DNA of 64,000 nucleotides, taken from NCBI GenBank assembly GCA_963707025.1, contig CAVPOM010000018.1, forward strand, positions 672,001-736,000, given 5' to 3'. Source of the DNA: an uncultured Verrucomicrobiae bacterium. GTDB lineage: Bacteria > Verrucomicrobiota > Verrucomicrobiia > Limisphaerales > Palsa-1400. Every line of letters starts with the position of its first letter. Position 1 is the stretch's first letter. The position numbers and the translations under genes were made by a program. Shown one piece after another: positions 30,130-41,199 of this stretch. The notes under the pieces were generated by a model that was given only the letters and a program-made list of their open reading frames with translations, made no database searches and had not been told where the DNA came from.

Positions 30130-31950
30130 GTGAGGCGACGCACCCACCACTGCAACCAATTGCGTTGCGCTGACGCCGGGCAATCCGTCGTCCTGTCCGG
30201 CTGGGTTCATTCCCGGCGCGACCTGGGCGGGGTGATCTTTATTGATGTCCGCGACCGGGAAGGCCGCACCCAGACGGTGTTTGATCCGTCGGATTTGCCC
30301 AAGGAACTGTTTGAGCGCGCCGCCTCCTTGCGCAGCGAATGCGTCGTCACCATCTCCGGCAAGGTCCGCGCACGCCCCGCGGGCACGAACAATTCCAAAA
30401 TCCCGACGGGCGAAATCGAAGTCGCCGCCAAGGACCTTGAAGTGCTGAACATGGCGGAGGTTCTGCCTTTTCCAGTGGACGACCCGGAAATCGCCCGCTC
30501 GGTCAACGAAGAGCTGCGGCTGCAATATCGCTACCTGGACCTGCGCCGGCCGGAAATGGCGCGCCACCTGCGTCTGCGCAGCCAGGTGGCCGCGGCCACA
30601 CGGGCGTATATGGACGGGCAGGGCTTCATCGAGGTGGAGACGCCCATTCTTTTCAAATCCACGCCCGAGGGCGCGCGGGAATTTCTGGTGCCCAACCGGC
30701 GCGAGCCGGGCACTTTTTACGCCCTGCCGCAATCGCCGCAGCAATTCAAACAAATGCTCATGGTGGCCGGCGTGGAAAAGTATTACCAAATCGCCCGCTG
30801 CTTCCGCGACGAGGATCAGCGGGCGGACCGGCAACTGGAATTCACCCAACTGGACCTGGAGATGAGCTTCATCGAGCGTGAGGACATTTATGCGCTGATC
30901 GAAGGGCTGCTGGTGCGCATCTGGAAACTGGCGCTGAACATCGAGGTGCCGGCGCCCTTCCCGCGCCTGACCTTTCAGGAAGCGCTCAACCGCTATGGCA
31001 GCGACAAGCCGGACACCCGCTTCGGCCTGGAGCTGGGCGATTTCACGGAGGAATTTCGGGCCAGCACCTTCAAGGTTTTCAGCGGCGCCATTTCCGCCGG
31101 CGGGGTGGTCAAGGCCCTCAACGCCAAGGGCCTGGCCGGGGTCACGCAGGGGCAGATCGAAACCATGACCGAGTATGCCAAAAGCTTCGGCGCGCGCGGC
31201 CTGGCCTATATCAAGGTGGAAAAAGGCGAATGGAAATCGCCCATCGTCAAGTTCTTCAACGCCGCCGAAAAAGCGGCGCTGGCGGAGAAATTGAAAATCG
31301 AGGAAGGCGACCTGATTCTATTCGCCGCCGACCAATGGCTCAACGCCTGCGAAATCCTGGGCAAAATCCGCCTTTATTGCGCCGAAGTCCTCAAGGGCCA
31401 GGGCAAGCTGGCCATTGCCGGCGACCAGTTCCATTTCCTTTGGGTCATCGAGTTTCCGCTGCTCGGTTTTGACCGCGAACAAAACCGCTGGTATTCCAGC
31501 CATCATCCCTTCACCGCGCCGGTCACCGCGGACATCCCGCTGCTGGGGAGCGACCCGAAAAAGGTGCGCGGCCAGCACTACGACATCGTGGTCAACGGCA
31601 CGGAACTGGGCGGCGGCTCCATCCGCATCCACCAGCCGGAAGTGCAGAAACTGATCTTCGAGCAACTGCTGCAAATCCCGCCCAACGTGGTCAAAGCCCG
31701 CTTCGGCTACATGCTGGAGGCCTTCAAATACGGCGCCCCGCCCCACGGCGGCATTGCGCTGGGCTTCGACCGCATGGTGGCCATGCTGTGCGGCGTCTCC
31801 AGCATCCGCAACGTCATCGCCTTCCCCAAGACGGCCAAAGGCACCGACCTGATGACTGACGCGCCCGCGCGGGTGGAAGAAAAACAACTGCGGGAACTGC
31901 ACCTCGAACTCAGAGCGGCCAGGAAAGAAAGCCCCGAGCCACCCCGCTGA
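30130..31950 (+). CDS. aspS: Aspartate-tRNA ligase
   Basis: RRDLGGVIFID, TPEGAREF, ALPQSPQQFKQ, CFRDED, PPHGGIALGFDR. Confidence 0.97.
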   Translation: MRRRTHHCNQLRCADAGQSVVLSGWVHSRRDLGGVIFIDVRDREGRTQTVFDPSDLPKELFERAASLRSECVVTISGKVRARPAGTNNSKIPTGEIEVAAKDLEVLNMAEVLPFPVDDPEIARSVNEELRLQYRYLDLRRPEMARHLRLRSQVAAATRAYMDGQGFIEVETPILFKSTPEGAREFLVPNRREPGTFYALPQSPQQFKQMLMVAGVEKYYQIARCFRDEDQRADRQLEFTQLDLEMSFIEREDIYALIEGLLVRIWKLALNIEVPAPFPRLTFQEALNRYGSDKPDTRFGLELGDFTEEFRASTFKVFSGAISAGGVVKALNAKGLAGVTQGQIETMTEYAKSFGARGLAYIKVEKGEWKSPIVKFFNAAEKAALAEKLKIEEGDLILFAADQWLNACEILGKIRLYCAEVLKGQGKLAIAGDQFHFLWVIEFPLLGFDREQNRWYSSHHPFTAPVTADIPLLGSDPKKVRGQHYDIVVNGTELGGGSIRIHQPEVQKLIFEQLLQIPPNVVKARFGYMLEAFKYGAPPHGGIALGFDRMVAMLCGVSSIRNVIAFPKTAKGTDLMTDAPARVEEKQLRELHLELRAARKESPEPPR

Positions 31951-32189
31951 ATATTACAGTGTCGCTACCGCCTCAGTGACGGCGGGAAAACGGGCCATGA
32001 CTTTTGCAAGGCGTCAGTGACGGTAGGGCGAGACTCCGTTGAGCCGAAACTCGATTTCTTGGGAAGAAGTCACGGCTCGAACGGAGTCTCGCCCTGCCAG
32101 CCATGACTGACCCATTGCCAATATCCCCGAATTTGGCTGGATTTTTCCGGGGCACCAGCGTATATTGTAAATTCATAAAGGAATTCGCG

Positions 32190-33083
32190 GTGAAGAATTG
32201 CGCAACCAGTTTTGATTCGGGATTGTTGCGCCGTCCGGCGGCGCGGCGGGGGGTGGCATTCACCTTGATCGAATTGCTGGTGGTCATCGCCGTGATTGCG
32301 ATTCTGGCGGGCTTGTTGCTGCCGGCTCTGAGCCGGGCCAAGGATTCGGCGCGAAACATCAACTGCGAGAGCAATCTGAAGCAATTGCAGCTTTGCTGGC
32401 ACCTCTACGCGGACGATTATGCGGGTGTTTTCGTGCCCAACGACTGGATTGATTTCGAGGGCATGTCCACCAACGGACCCACCAGCCAGGACTACGTGAG
32501 CAATTCCTGGTGCCCCGGCGACGCCCGATTGGACACCACCACCAGCAACCTCCAGCAAGGGCTGCTGTTCCCCTACAACACCTCCACGGCGATTTATCAT
32601 TGTCCTGCCGATGTCTCGACCATCGAGGATGGCAACGGGAACCCGCTGCCACAGCTTCGCAACCGCAGTTACAACATGAGCCAGTCGGTCAATGGCTATC
32701 CGCTGTTGGTTGACCCACAGACCGGCTATGCGGTGGACGCCTGGCAACCCTGTTTTGCGAAGTTCTCCGTCATCACCAATCCACCGCCCACCCAGCTCTT
32801 CGTATTCATAGACGAGAACGAGATAACCTTGGAAGACCCCCAGTTTGGGTACCCGCCGCCGGGCTACGGGCCGGAGTGGTGGGACATGCCCGCCAACCGC
32901 CACAACCAGGGGGCCAACTTGTCCTTCGCCGACGGACACGTCGAGCACTGGCATTGGCAGTCGCCCATGACGGCGACTTACCCTCCCGGCTATGCGCAAC
33001 CTGTTCCGTCCGCGCAAATGCCCGGTTACACGCGGGTGGGAAATGCCATGCGGCAAAAGGCCTTCGACGGCCTGGCAGATTGA
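32190..33083 (+). CDS. Prepilin-type N-terminal cleavage / H-X9-DG domain protein
   Basis: [25 protein letters not shown]...CESNLKQL...[15 protein letters not shown]. Confidence 0.9.
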   Translation: MKNCATSFDSGLLRRPAARRGVAFTLIELLVVIAVIAILAGLLLPALSRAKDSARNINCESNLKQLQLCWHLYADDYAGVFVPNDWIDFEGMSTNGPTSQDYVSNSWCPGDARLDTTTSNLQQGLLFPYNTSTAIYHCPADVSTIEDGNGNPLPQLRNRSYNMSQSVNGYPLLVDPQTGYAVDAWQPCFAKFSVITNPPPTQLFVFIDENEITLEDPQFGYPPPGYGPEWWDMPANRHNQGANLSFADGHVEHWHWQSPMTATYPPGYAQPVPSAQMPGYTRVGNAMRQKAFDGLAD

Positions 33084-33252
33084 CGGGGCCGGCCGAGGCA
33101 GCATCCTCGCACGACCGTCGCGCGGCGGACATGCGCCGCCGCCAAGGCCAAGGCGCACGGGGAGGGACGGCCCGCCCTGCCACCCAAGACTGACGCAGCG
33201 CGCACTTCTGGCTTGCGCTCCGGCCTGCCGGTGGTATTTGTTGGCGGCTTTT

Positions 33253-34425
33253 ATGAACTACAAGATTTCCATTCGCGCCGCGGCCCTGACCCCCTCCATC
33301 ACCCTGGCCGTGGATGCCAAGGCCAAACAAATGAAGGCGGAGGGCGTGGATGTGGTGGGCTTCGGCGCCGGCGAACCGGATTTCGCCACGCCGCGACATA
33401 TTGTCGAAGCGGCCATCAAGGCGTTGAACGACGGCTTCACCAAATACACCCCCAGCAGCGGCATCCCGGAATTGCGGCAGGCGGCGGCGGACAAATTCAA
33501 GCGCGACAACGGGCTGGTTTACAAGCCGTCGCAAATCATCATTTCGTGCGGCGGCAAGCATTCCTGCTGCAATGTCATCCTGGCCCTGTGCAATCCGGGC
33601 GACGAAGTGATCATCCCCGCGCCGTATTGGCTGAGTTATCCGGAAATGGTGCGGCTGGCCCAAGGCACGCCCGTCATCCTCCCCACCAGCGACGAGACGG
33701 AATTCAAAATCACGCCGCAGCAATTGCGCCGGGCGCTGACGCCGCGGACGCGGCTGTTCATCTTGAACTCGCCCAGCAACCCGACCGGCTCGCTTTACAC
33801 GCGGGAGGAAATCCAGGCGCTGGGGGATGTCTGCGTGGAGAACGACGTGCTCATCATGAGCGACGAGATTTACGAAAAGCTCGTTTATGACGGGGCCGAG
33901 CATGTGAGCGTGGCCGGTTTTTCGCCGCGGCATTATGAACACACCATCCTGGTGCATGGGCTGGCCAAGGCCTATTCGATGACCGGCTGGCGGATCGGCA
34001 TGACGGCGGCGCCCGAACCGATTGCCAAGGCGATTGACGCCATTCAGAGCCACAGCACCAGCAATCCGACTTCCTTCGCGCAGAAGGGGGCGGTGGCGGC
34101 CTTGAACGGCCCGCAGGACCATCTGCCGGTCTGGCTGGCGGAGTTTGCGCGCCGCCGGGCTTACGCCTGGAACAAGCTCAACAGCATTCCCCGCATTTCC
34201 TGCGTCAACGCCAAGGGCGCCTTCTATCTTTTTCCGAACATTTCCGGGCTGGGCCTCAAATCCATGGAGTTCTGCGCCAAACTGCTGGAGCAGGAAAAAG
34301 TGGCGGTCGTGCCGGGGATTGCTTTTGGCGCGGACGACTATGTGCGCATCAGCTACGCGACGAGCATGGAGAATTTGGAGAAGGGCCTGGACCGCATCGA
34401 AAAATTCGCCCGCTCCCTGTTGTAG
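33253..34425 (+). CDS. PLP-dependent class I/II aminotransferase (aspartate aminotransferase-like)
   Basis: GAGEPDF, NSPSNPTG, SDEIYE, AKAYSMTGWRIG. Confidence 0.93.
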   Translation: MNYKISIRAAALTPSITLAVDAKAKQMKAEGVDVVGFGAGEPDFATPRHIVEAAIKALNDGFTKYTPSSGIPELRQAAADKFKRDNGLVYKPSQIIISCGGKHSCCNVILALCNPGDEVIIPAPYWLSYPEMVRLAQGTPVILPTSDETEFKITPQQLRRALTPRTRLFILNSPSNPTGSLYTREEIQALGDVCVENDVLIMSDEIYEKLVYDGAEHVSVAGFSPRHYEHTILVHGLAKAYSMTGWRIGMTAAPEPIAKAIDAIQSHSTSNPTSFAQKGAVAALNGPQDHLPVWLAEFARRRAYAWNKLNSIPRISCVNAKGAFYLFPNISGLGLKSMEFCAKLLEQEKVAVVPGIAFGADDYVRISYATSMENLEKGLDRIEKFARSLL

Positions 34426-34794
34426 CGGCGGTCTGTGACCGCCGCCGGAATGGTTTGCCGCCGCTTTGTTCCCGGCATTCTCCTTCGACAAGCTTTCCTC
34501 CTTCGCAGGTCTTTCCACCTTCCCCGGGCCTGCGCCGGACACGACGGCGGACGGGAATTGGGTCCAATGCGAATGCGGGAGCAAGCTCCCGCACTCCAAA
34601 TTAGAGCGATGTGCTTGAGAAGTGACCGAACAGGCGGGCCGGTTTCGGTGGAAAGATGCCGGCGGCCGGTCGCCGACGGAGGCGCTCCAGACGACCGCGC
34701 TCCCCGAAACTTGGCTCATGCTTCGGGGCGTTCCGGGTTGGGCGGCTGGCGGCTGGCGGGGGTGGGCGTAAAATGGTTTTGAAGTGGGCCGGCG

Positions 34795-36438
34795 TTGGCG
34801 CACTATTCCCATCTGAAAAAATCTTCGGCCAACCGCGTTTCCGTGGTCCGCCTGGCGCTGGCGGCCGGCGGCGGGCTTTTGTTGAGCGCGGCCTTTCCCG
34901 GGCTTGGTCTGGCGGGAGCGGCGTGGGTTGGGCCTGGGTTGATTCTGTTCAGCGGGCTGGGCTGCGGCGGCGGGCAGGCTTTCCGGCTGGGGTTCGCGGG
35001 CGGGTTGGCGCATTATCTCAGTTCGCTCTATTGGCTGCTGGCCATGCCCTACACCTATCATGGCATTCCCATCGGTCCGGCCTTCGCCTGGTTTGTCTTG
35101 AGCGCGTATTGCGCGCTTTTTCCGGCGCTCTGGGTCTGGCTGTGCTGGAGAATCTGGCCGTCTGCGCCCGCCCCGGCTCTTCCGGCGCGCGCCGCGCTGG
35201 ATCAGTTCTTTTCCGCCGGGGTTTTGCAGCGCGGGCTTTGGGCGTTTAACGCCGCGTTGCTCTGGGTGGCGCTGGAAATGGCGCGCGGGCGGTTGTTCAC
35301 CGGTTTTCCCTGGAATTTTTTGGGCGTTTCGCAATACAAAATGCTGCCGTTGATCCAAATGGCGGCGGTGACGGGAGTGTATGGAGTTTCATTCCTGGTG
35401 GTTTGGATGTCGGTGGCGCTGGTCATGAGCCTGGTTTCGCTGACGCAGCGGCCGGGGCGCGGGGTGTGGAGTGAAGCGGGCGTGCCGCTTTTGACGGTGG
35501 TGGTGGTGGCGAGTTTCGGGGTGAACCGGGTGGGGAAAATTCTGCCGCCTGGGAAGGAATTGCAGGCCGCTTTGGTGCAGCCGGCCTTTGCCCAGACCAT
35601 GATCTGGAAAGAGGAGGAGGATGAGGCGCGGCTGAACCAGGTGATGGCGCTGTCCGAGCAGGCGCTGGCCGGGCAGGCGAGCCTGTTGATCTGGCCGGAA
35701 GGGGCGTTGTCCAGCCTGACCCCGGAGCACCTGGCCGCTCTGGCCAGGCTGACGATCCGGCATGGCATCTGGCTGCTGGCCACGGCCGACCTGGGCGAGA
35801 ATTCGGCGGGGGGCGCGACGGAGTACTTCAACAGCGCCATACTGATCAACCCGCAGGGCGCGCTGCAAGCCGTTTATCACAAGCGGCGGCTGGTGATTTT
35901 TGGGGAATATGTTCCCTGGTGGCTGGCGTTTATGAAATGGGTCACGCCCATTGATGGCTCCTTCACCCCGGGTAAGGAGCCGGTCCAATTCGTCGTGAAG
36001 AATCCTGACGCCTGCTTTTCCGCGCTGATCTGTTTTGAGGACGCCTTTGCGCGGGAGGCGCGCGAACATGTCACGCCCGAAACCGATTTTCTGGTGAACC
36101 TGACCAACGATGGCTGGTTTGGCAAGGGGCCGGCCGCCTGGCAACAGGCCGCCGCCGCGGTTTTTCGCGCGGTGGAAAATGGCGTGCCCCTGGTGCGCTG
36201 CACCAACGACGGCGTGACTTGCTGGATTGACGCCCAGGGGCGGCTGCGGGAAATTTTCTCGGTGGCGGGCCAGGTTGACGAGGCGGGTTTTTTGACGGCG
36301 AGAATTCCCTTGCGCCCGAGCGGCGAACGGGGGCGGACGTTTTACAATTTGCACGGGGACTGGTTTGGCTGGAGTTGCTGCGGGATGGGCCTCTGTTTGT
36401 GTGTGGCAACCTTCCGGTCGCGGCGCACTGTGTCCTGA
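34795..36438 (+). CDS. lnt: Apolipoprotein N-acyltransferase
   Basis: TGFPWNFLG, WPE, YHKRRLVIFGEYVP, ICFED, NDGWFG. Confidence 0.92.
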   Translation: MAHYSHLKKSSANRVSVVRLALAAGGGLLLSAAFPGLGLAGAAWVGPGLILFSGLGCGGGQAFRLGFAGGLAHYLSSLYWLLAMPYTYHGIPIGPAFAWFVLSAYCALFPALWVWLCWRIWPSAPAPALPARAALDQFFSAGVLQRGLWAFNAALLWVALEMARGRLFTGFPWNFLGVSQYKMLPLIQMAAVTGVYGVSFLVVWMSVALVMSLVSLTQRPGRGVWSEAGVPLLTVVVVASFGVNRVGKILPPGKELQAALVQPAFAQTMIWKEEEDEARLNQVMALSEQALAGQASLLIWPEGALSSLTPEHLAALARLTIRHGIWLLATADLGENSAGGATEYFNSAILINPQGALQAVYHKRRLVIFGEYVPWWLAFMKWVTPIDGSFTPGKEPVQFVVKNPDACFSALICFEDAFAREAREHVTPETDFLVNLTNDGWFGKGPAAWQQAAAAVFRAVENGVPLVRCTNDGVTCWIDAQGRLREIFSVAGQVDEAGFLTARIPLRPSGERGRTFYNLHGDWFGWSCCGMGLCLCVATFRSRRTVS

Positions 36439-36815
36439 GGCGTGTCCAGTTTTGGGGCAGCGCCTGGGGCGTAGAACCTTGGCGATGGCTTGGCCGCCCC
36501 TGAGAACCGGCCGGGTTTTGGGTCGTGCAGGGATGGCACGGCTTGTGCTTTGACATCTTTTGTGAATGCAGCACTCGATTTTCTGGCAGGGCTGGTTGGG
36601 AAGGTCTTTAGTTACGTGGCCCCGTCCATTTCGTTTGGACTTTACGCGGGCGCGGAAGCTCTTTTCCTTTACGGACTTTACGTGATTTTTTTCGGCGCTC
36701 CGCACGTATTTCACTGACCTGCCCAATTCCAGCGTGACCACCCCTGTTCGGCGGCCCTTGCAATGGGGCGGCGACGCACCGGCGCGACCCGCCGGCCAAT
36801 CCACTGTCCTCACTT

Positions 36816-37358
36816 TCAAAGATTGGATTTGAAGTGGTCGGAGTCGCGCTTGAAGAGGAGATTGAAGGTGGTCATCGAACCGTGGCAACGGGAAATGTAT
36901 TGCTGGAGTTCGACTTTTTCGGCATCGCTCAACTGGGGATGGCTGTTGATCTTTTGCTCCAGCACGCGGAAGTTGTTCCGCATCATGACGATTTTGTGGA
37001 AGAAGGCTTCCAGGGGAATCTCCTTGCTCTGCAAGGCGGGGTCGGTGGGACGCAGGATCATCAGGCCCCTGCCCCAGCGGGCGGCCAGTTGTTCGACCAC
37101 CGCGTCGTCGCGCTCCAGCCCCATCTCCTTGACCAGGGCGCTGACGGTCTCGGCCACCAGGGCGGTGAGCGGGATGGCCAAACCGCTGACCTCAGCCAGG
37201 GCCTCGGCCGGTTGCAAATCGGATTGTTCGGGAGCCAGCGAGCGCACGCCGCTGTCGAAACGAATGTCGGCCAGATGTTCGGAAATGCTCTTGACTGTGC
37301 CGGTCCCCAGTTCGGGATGGCGCACCTTCATGCCGATGTGCATGGTTTGGAGTCTCAT
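36816..37358 (-). CDS. Conserved hypothetical protein
   Basis: KEIPLEAFFHKIVMMRNNFRVLEQKINSH...QQYISRCHGSMTTFN; protein-like composition. Confidence 0.7.
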   Translation of the reverse strand: MRLQTMHIGMKVRHPELGTGTVKSISEHLADIRFDSGVRSLAPEQSDLQPAEALAEVSGLAIPLTALVAETVSALVKEMGLERDDAVVEQLAARWGRGLMILRPTDPALQSKEIPLEAFFHKIVMMRNNFRVLEQKINSHPQLSDAEKVELQQYISRCHGSMTTFNLLFKRDSDHFKSNL

Positions 37359-37394
37359 GGCCGGTTATATTATGGTGGGAGGGCCGCGGCGGGG

Positions 37395-37667
37395 TTAATT
37401 CTCCCTGGCTCCGTCCTGCCAGCGCAGCCCGAGGGAATGGGCGATGTCTTCAAATTCCTCGCGGCTGACGTCTTCCAGACGCTTGCCTTTGGCGGCGAGT
37501 TTTTCGTTTATCTTAATGGCCTTTTCCGTCATGGCCTGATGGGTTTCCTCCGTGCCGCCGATGAGGGCGAAATTGCAGCCGGTGGTCAGTCGTTTGTGGC
37601 CGTCGGAATCCACGCCGATGCCCAGCAGAAGGGCGGTCTTTTTCTTTTTTTTCGGCGCGTTCCCCAT
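37395..37667 (-). CDS. Small conserved hypothetical protein
   Basis: LLGIGVDSDGHKRLT...LIGGTEETHQAMTEKAIKINEKL. Confidence 0.7.
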   Translation of the reverse strand: MGNAPKKKKKTALLLGIGVDSDGHKRLTTGCNFALIGGTEETHQAMTEKAIKINEKLAAKGKRLEDVSREEFEDIAHSLGLRWQDGAREN

Positions 37668-37944
37668 CGGGGCAAGGTAGGCCGGTTGGGCGGTGGTGCC
37701 AAGTGGAAAAATCGTCAGGCAAGGGAGGGTGCCTTCCAGATTTTTGGGCTCCCCTCTTAATCTTGCTCCTAATCTTAATCTTAATTGCATCGCCCTGCCG
37801 CATTCGGAGTCAATTTAAACCGTCAACCGGAATTTGTGAAGCAGCACCGCAAGATATGGTGTGTTTTTTACGCATCCCTATGGGTAGCGCCCGCGTCTAT
37901 ATTACATTATGTTAGCATGCGGCCAGAGCAGCCGCGGCCACGCG

Positions 37945-39531
37945 ATGAAAACGTTCTTGATTTTAGGCGGCCTGGTCCTGGCGGCGTTCCGCGCAGATGC
38001 CGCCGCGGGACGGCAGGCGGGCGTTTTTGAAAGCAACGCCGCCCTGACGCCGCAAAACCCGGTGGACGAACTGGTGTTCGCGCGGTTGAAACAGTTGAAC
38101 CTTCCGCCGGCCCGCCTCTGCTCGGACGCCGTCTTTGTCCGCCGGGTCTATTTGGACGTGATCGGCACTCTGCCCAAAGCTTCGGAGGCCGAACAGTTCC
38201 TGGTCAACCGTGATCCGAACAAACGCCGCGTCTTGATTGACCGCCTGCTGGAGCGGGACGAATTTGCCGATTACTGGGCCATGAAGTGGAGCGACCTGCT
38301 GCGGGTCAAGGCGGAGTTCCCCATCAATTTGTGGCCCAATGCCGCCCAGGCCTATCACCGCTGGATTCGCACCAGCATCCAGGACAACCTGCCCTACGAT
38401 CAGTTCGTCCGCCAAATGCTCACGTCCAGCGGCAGCAATTTCCGCGTGCCGCCGGTCAACTTCTACCGGGCCATGCAAAGCAAGGAGCCGCCGGCCATCG
38501 CCCGAGCCGTCGCCTTGACCTTCATGGGAACGCGGGCGGAAAAGTGGCCCACCAACCAGTTGGCCGGCATGGCCGCCTTTTTCTCCGCCATCGGCTACAA
38601 GTACACTGCGGAGTGGAAGGAGGAGATCGTCATGTTCGATCTGGCCAAGACCAACGCAACCTGCCTGGCCCAAAACGGCGCGTTTTCCCGGACGGAACCC
38701 CGGCCTCCTTGTCGCCGGATCGGGATCCGCGCGAGGTGTTCGCCGACTGGCTGATTGACTCCGAAGAACCCCTGGTTCACGCGCAAAACATCGCCAACCG
38801 CGTCTGGTCCTGGCTGCTGGGCCGCGGCATCATTCAGGAGCCGGACGACATCCGGCCCGACAATCCGCCCTCCAATCCCGAACTGCTGGCCTTGTTGGAA
38901 AAGGACTTGATCGCCTCCCATTACGACCTCAAGCATCTCTTCCGCCTGATCCTGAACTCGAAAACCTACCAGCTCTCCGCGCTGGCCAGCGCCGGACAAT
39001 GCCGAAGGCGCGGCCAACTTCGCGCTTCTATCCATTGCGCCGCCTGGAAGCGGAGGTTCTGATTGACGCTCTGGACCAGATCACCGGGGGGACCGAGAGC
39101 TATTCCAGCGCCATCCCGGAGCCGTTCACTTTCATTCCCGGCGAACATCCGCTCCATCGCGCTTGGAGGATGGCAGCATCAGCAGTTCCTTCCTCGATAT
39201 GTTCGGCCGTTCGCCGCGCGATACCGGCCTGGAAGTCGGAGCGCAACAACCGCCCCACCGCCGAGCAGCGCCTGCATCTGCTGAATTCCAGCCACATCCA
39301 GCGCAAGATCGAACAGAGCCGGCATGATCCCAGATCCTGGTGCAGTCCGCCAAATCCCCGCGCGACATTGCCGCCGCGCATGTATCTGGGCATTCTTTCC
39401 CGTTTCCCATCGGCAGAGGAGGTGAACATTGCGGAAACTTATTTCCAGTCCGGCAACGTCAACCGGCGTCAAGCCGCGGTGGACCTGGCCTGGGCCTTGA
39501 TCAACAGCGCGAGTTTCTTTACCGGCATTGA
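37945..39531 (+). pseudogene. DUF1549/DUF1553 (PSCyt2/PSD1-like) protein, multiply frameshifted
   Basis: DAVFVRRVYLDVIGTLP, NLPYDQFVRQML; ANRVWSWLLGRGII, PSNPELL and RRLEAEVLIDAL lie in shifting frames. Confidence 0.8.
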
Positions 39532-39585
39532 GCAGAAACTCCATCGCGGCCCCGGCCCAATGAAAATGAAAGGCAAAGTGAAAAT

Positions 39586-40994
39586 ATGAATATGCAAACC
39601 AGCGCGGCGGACGGCCCCTTCAAACCGTATTCGGACCACCTGATTTCGCGCATGCGCGACAGCGCCATTTCCCGGCGCGAGGCGGTGCGTCGCGCCCTGC
39701 TCGGCGCGGGCGGCTTGATGCTGGGGCATCACTTGAGTCTGCGCGCCCTGGCCGCCGCGCCTTCCGCCCAAGCCAAGGCCAAGTCGGTCATCCAAATCTG
39801 GATGTGGGGCGGCCCGGCGCACCTGGACACCTTTGATCCCGAAACCGGAAGCCGGCTACGACTACTGCGGCCCGCTGGACAAGCCCATCGCCACCAACGT
39901 GGACGGCATCAGGATCTGCGAACTGCATGCCGCTGCTGGCCAAGCAGGCCGACAAGTATTCCATCATCCGCAGCATGACCCACGGCGTCAACGGCCACGA
40001 AACGGCCTCCTACATGGTGCAGACGGCCCGCGCGGCAGGCGGGCGCGATGTCTATCCCTGCGTCGGCGCCGTCGTTTCGCTCTTCAAGGGCTACAATGCC
40101 GGACTATCGCGGATTGATTCCGCCTTACATCGTGCTGACCGAGCCGCAGGGACGCTTTTCCGAGGCCGGCTTCCTGGGTTCGCGCTATAAGCCCTTCGCC
40201 ACGGGCGGCGATCCTGCCAGAACGCCCGTTCGCCGTGGAAGGCGTGGTCAGCCAAGGCATCTCCGAGCCAGCGCCAGCGCGAGCCGGCGCGAGTTGCTGC
40301 ACAAGCTGGACACGCTGGCCCACGTCCTGCCCGGCAACGCCGAACTGGCCGCCTCCGCCCAATGTGAGAAGCAGGCTTACGACCTGATCCTGGGCGATGC
40401 CGGCAAGGTGTTCGATCTGTCGCAGGAGAAGGACGAATTGCGCGACCGTTACGGCCGCAACACTTTCGGCCAATCCTGCCTGGTGGCGCGCCGGCTGGTC
40501 GAACGCGGCGTTCCTTACATCACCATCAACTACAAAGGCGGCTGGGACACGCACAAGCAGCAATTTCCAGACCATGCGCCGACGCGTGCCGGAAATGGAC
40601 AAAGGCATGGCCGCGCTCCTCCAGGATTTGGCCGACCACGGCCTGTTGGACAAGCACCATCGTCTGGTGGGGCGGCGAGTTCGGCCGCACACCCAAAGTC
40701 ATGTGGGAAGCGCCCTGGAACGGCGGGCGCGGCCATCATGGCGAGGTCTTCTCCGCCGTGGTCGCCGGCGGCGGATTCAAGGGCGGCCAGGTGGTCGGCG
40801 CTTCGGATGCCAAAGGCGAAGCAGGTCAAGGAGCGGCCGGTCTATCCCTGCGACCTGCATTGGCAGCATGTATGAACTGCTCGGCATTGATCCCCAACGC
40901 CAAACTGCCCCATCCCCAGGGTTTGGATGTACGCGTCACCCCCTCCGCCGCCGATGGCCTGGCCAGCGGCGGACTCTTGAAAGAAATCATGTGA
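39586..40994 (+). pseudogene. DUF1501 protein with Tat signal, multiply frameshifted
   Basis: [60 protein letters not shown]. Confidence 0.8.
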
Positions 40995-41199
40995 GCCATT
41001 CGTGGGCGATCAGGCGAATGAAGAACCTGTTTCAAATAAGGCCACGATCTTGGGTGGTAGGGCGCGCACTCCGTGCGCGCCGCGGCGGGCAGCGGAGTGC
41101 CCGCCCTGCCTTCAACGCCCTGCGCAAAACTCTTAATCTTAATCCTAATCTTAATCTTAATCTCCACAGTGTCCGCCCAGTGTTTCCCCAACCACCCCA

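Noticed and set aside
32806..35358. 850-aa minus-strand ORF
   Set aside because: Antisense to the aminotransferase and lnt; low-complexity translation.
36550..36717. Small hydrophobic ORF downstream of lnt
   Set aside because: Could be a membrane peptide, but there is no recognisable motif or clear start.
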